A stretch of 64,000 nucleotides of DNA, taken from Nemertoderma westbladi (Eukaryota > Animalia > Xenacoelomorpha). The stretch lies in assembly GCA_032718475.1 (NCBI GenBank), contig JAUCBJ010007084.1, positions 1-64,000 on the forward strand, in the 5' to 3' direction. Shown here one piece after another: positions 62,135 through 64,000 of this stretch (the stretch's first letter is position 1; each line of letters opens with the position of its first letter). Under the pieces are notes generated by a model. The model worked only from the letters and a program-made list of their open reading frames with translations, was not told the origin of the DNA and did not search any database. The position numbers and the translations under genes were made by a program.

Positions 62135-64000
62135 TATAGAATTATATTCCCTAAATGCCGTGGATTTCAAAATTTTATTTTATTCGAATTAACTTTGTAA
62201 AGATTGCTTTGAGTTCTCATTCGTATTGGTTCTATCATTTGTACATCTATCGGTCAAGTGGTTCAGTAGCTCAGTTGGTAGAGCGTTGGAAATTATATGT
62301 GTAGTAGGTATCGAGTTCGAATCCTAGTAAGTGCGAATTATTTTTTGTACAGAATTTCAACTCATTTAAATTAACCGCTACAAATTAATTGCATTTGTCT
62401 GTACCAATGAGGCTGTAGTTATTTGATTGTAACCAATGTCGTGCAAGTTATATATTAGCTGGACCAATAGCTATCTTTAAAACCTTGTTAGAATCTATAG
62501 AACAATCGAGAATTTTCTCGATTGATTGCGGCACAAATTTAGTATATAAAGGTGCGATTTCGTTCATTAGTTATCACACTTACACAAACTTCTTATACAA
62601 TCTATTATATCAATATTCACATCTATTCTGTCGTGCTTAGTTTATTTCAGATTACATTGTACATATTATTATAATCTTTTGTAATAAAAGTTAGAAATAC
62701 TAGTCACATCTCAGCCCTTTTCTATCTGTTTTACTATGGATTCACTACGGTGAACAAACTCAGGGACAGGATGGCCGGCTAGAGATCGGGCCGCAGCAAT
62801 GAACGGGAACATCGGGGGAATGTAGACGAGAGACAACCCGCAATACCATCTAGAGTTATTCGCCCATCGCCTGAAAGGTTAGACAGCGTTCGATCCTTGC
62901 TACCTAAGTGTAAGACCAAAAGATCAAAAGGTAGACGTAGTGACACGCTGTAAGCCTAAAATTACATCATAGGGACTGTACTGTCTTGATTCAGGAAAAA
63001 CCGCAGTAGACCTTCATATTCCTACGGGGGGGAGGGAGAGAGAGCAGAGATACTAGTACGCAGATAGGACGTAGGCACACCGGTACAAGGCATACACATT
63101 GGTTAGGGTGCAGCAAACTGTACGCTTAACTCTTGCTAAGTACAGGTGCGTCTGTGACTATTTGCCGTACAACGGTGTCCATTACATCAGAACTTGTAGG
63201 CTAGGAGGGTTGCTGTGTTTTCACCTGAATTGGGATTGTACCGTTCAGGCGGTAGGGCAGTTTACACTAGGCGCAAATAAATTGAAGCTATTAGGGATAC
63301 TAACATCTACCGTGTCCCCGCCAACGCCCTAATAGGAAGTTACCTGGACTACCTGGGTGACTAAAATTCTAGATAGGAGCCAGGATAGCTATTAGTAACT
63401 GTACGCCTACAGTAGTAAACTAACACATCTCTTCTTAGTATCAGGGACCTGGTACCTAAAATTGCCGAATTCTGGGCGTAGTATTAACCTTATGCCTGAA
63501 TTTGAGTCCTGGAAATACGCAAGAGGGGAAGGAACCTTATCATTCGTGAGTATTGGACCTACAAGTTACAAAATTAGAATATTTGTAAAATGCACACCGT
63601 ACCCAGTAATTATATATGTGAAGGAGCAAAACTGCTTTGACCGTTCAGAATTAACACACGCGCGTTAGAAATTATTTACACCTCAAAATATATAAAATTA
63701 ACTTTCGTCCTTACTGCACTTTGCTCGCTAGTTAGACATCTCCAAATCTCTGCCTCTGTACCTAGCTAGCGTCCCTTTGCCCAACCATATAAATCACACC
63801 GCGGCAAAGTATACGAGCCCCTTAGTCCGTCAGCGAGTCAGCCTGATTTTAGGATTCGCTGCGCGGGATTTTGTTTCATCGAAGTTTGTCTGCTCGTAGA
63901 CTGTTTTCTGCCTCACCGGTTATAAGAGATCGATACTGCAATATATTCGCTTACTTAGAGTTTACTGTTTTGGTGAGAAGGTCGGATTTATGATTTGATT
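62135..64000 (+). mobile_element. LTR of a B-related subfamily, opposite orientation, running off the window
   Basis: Colinear diverged reverse complement of the B LTRs, starting TATAGAATT; contains the segments missing from each B LTR. Confidence 0.85.

Noticed and set aside
62260-62335. Functional tRNA gene, or self-encoded tRNA primer
   Set aside because: Acceptor and anticodon stems do not pair properly, and the 3' end is not complementary to the post-LTR sequence.

Overview
AT-rich eukaryotic (invertebrate-like animal) DNA dominated by transposons. The left part has MITEs, minisatellites and one intronless Roc-COR (ROCO) gene with two C-terminal CARD-like domains (5859-9332). The centre holds two nested, related BEL/Pao LTR retrotransposons on the minus strand. 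Element A (24886-44942, TG..CA LTRs, TSD GCCCT) is inserted into element B (about 20226-57483, probable TSD TTATC). A third LTR related to B starts at about 62135 on the plus strand. A and B share an unusual set of features. (1) An env-position accessory ORF3 encodes a CX2C-X23-CX2H finger, a DEDD-like 3'-5' exonuclease and three CCHC knuckles, with its own putative leader intron. (2) There is no tRNA primer site; the 10-12 nt after the 5' LTR are instead complementary to a mid-LTR segment, suggesting Tf1-like self-priming. (3) A family-specific 16-18 bp CGCG-core palindrome recurs at homologous positions along each element. (4) A second PPT lies after integrase. A 369-bp tandem retrozyme-like repeat, with a hammerhead ribozyme embedded in a tRNA-like Pol III promoter, interrupts an RTE LINE. 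A Penelope-type hammerhead inverted repeat sits in the element A leader. All calls were made by eye; no database searches were run.
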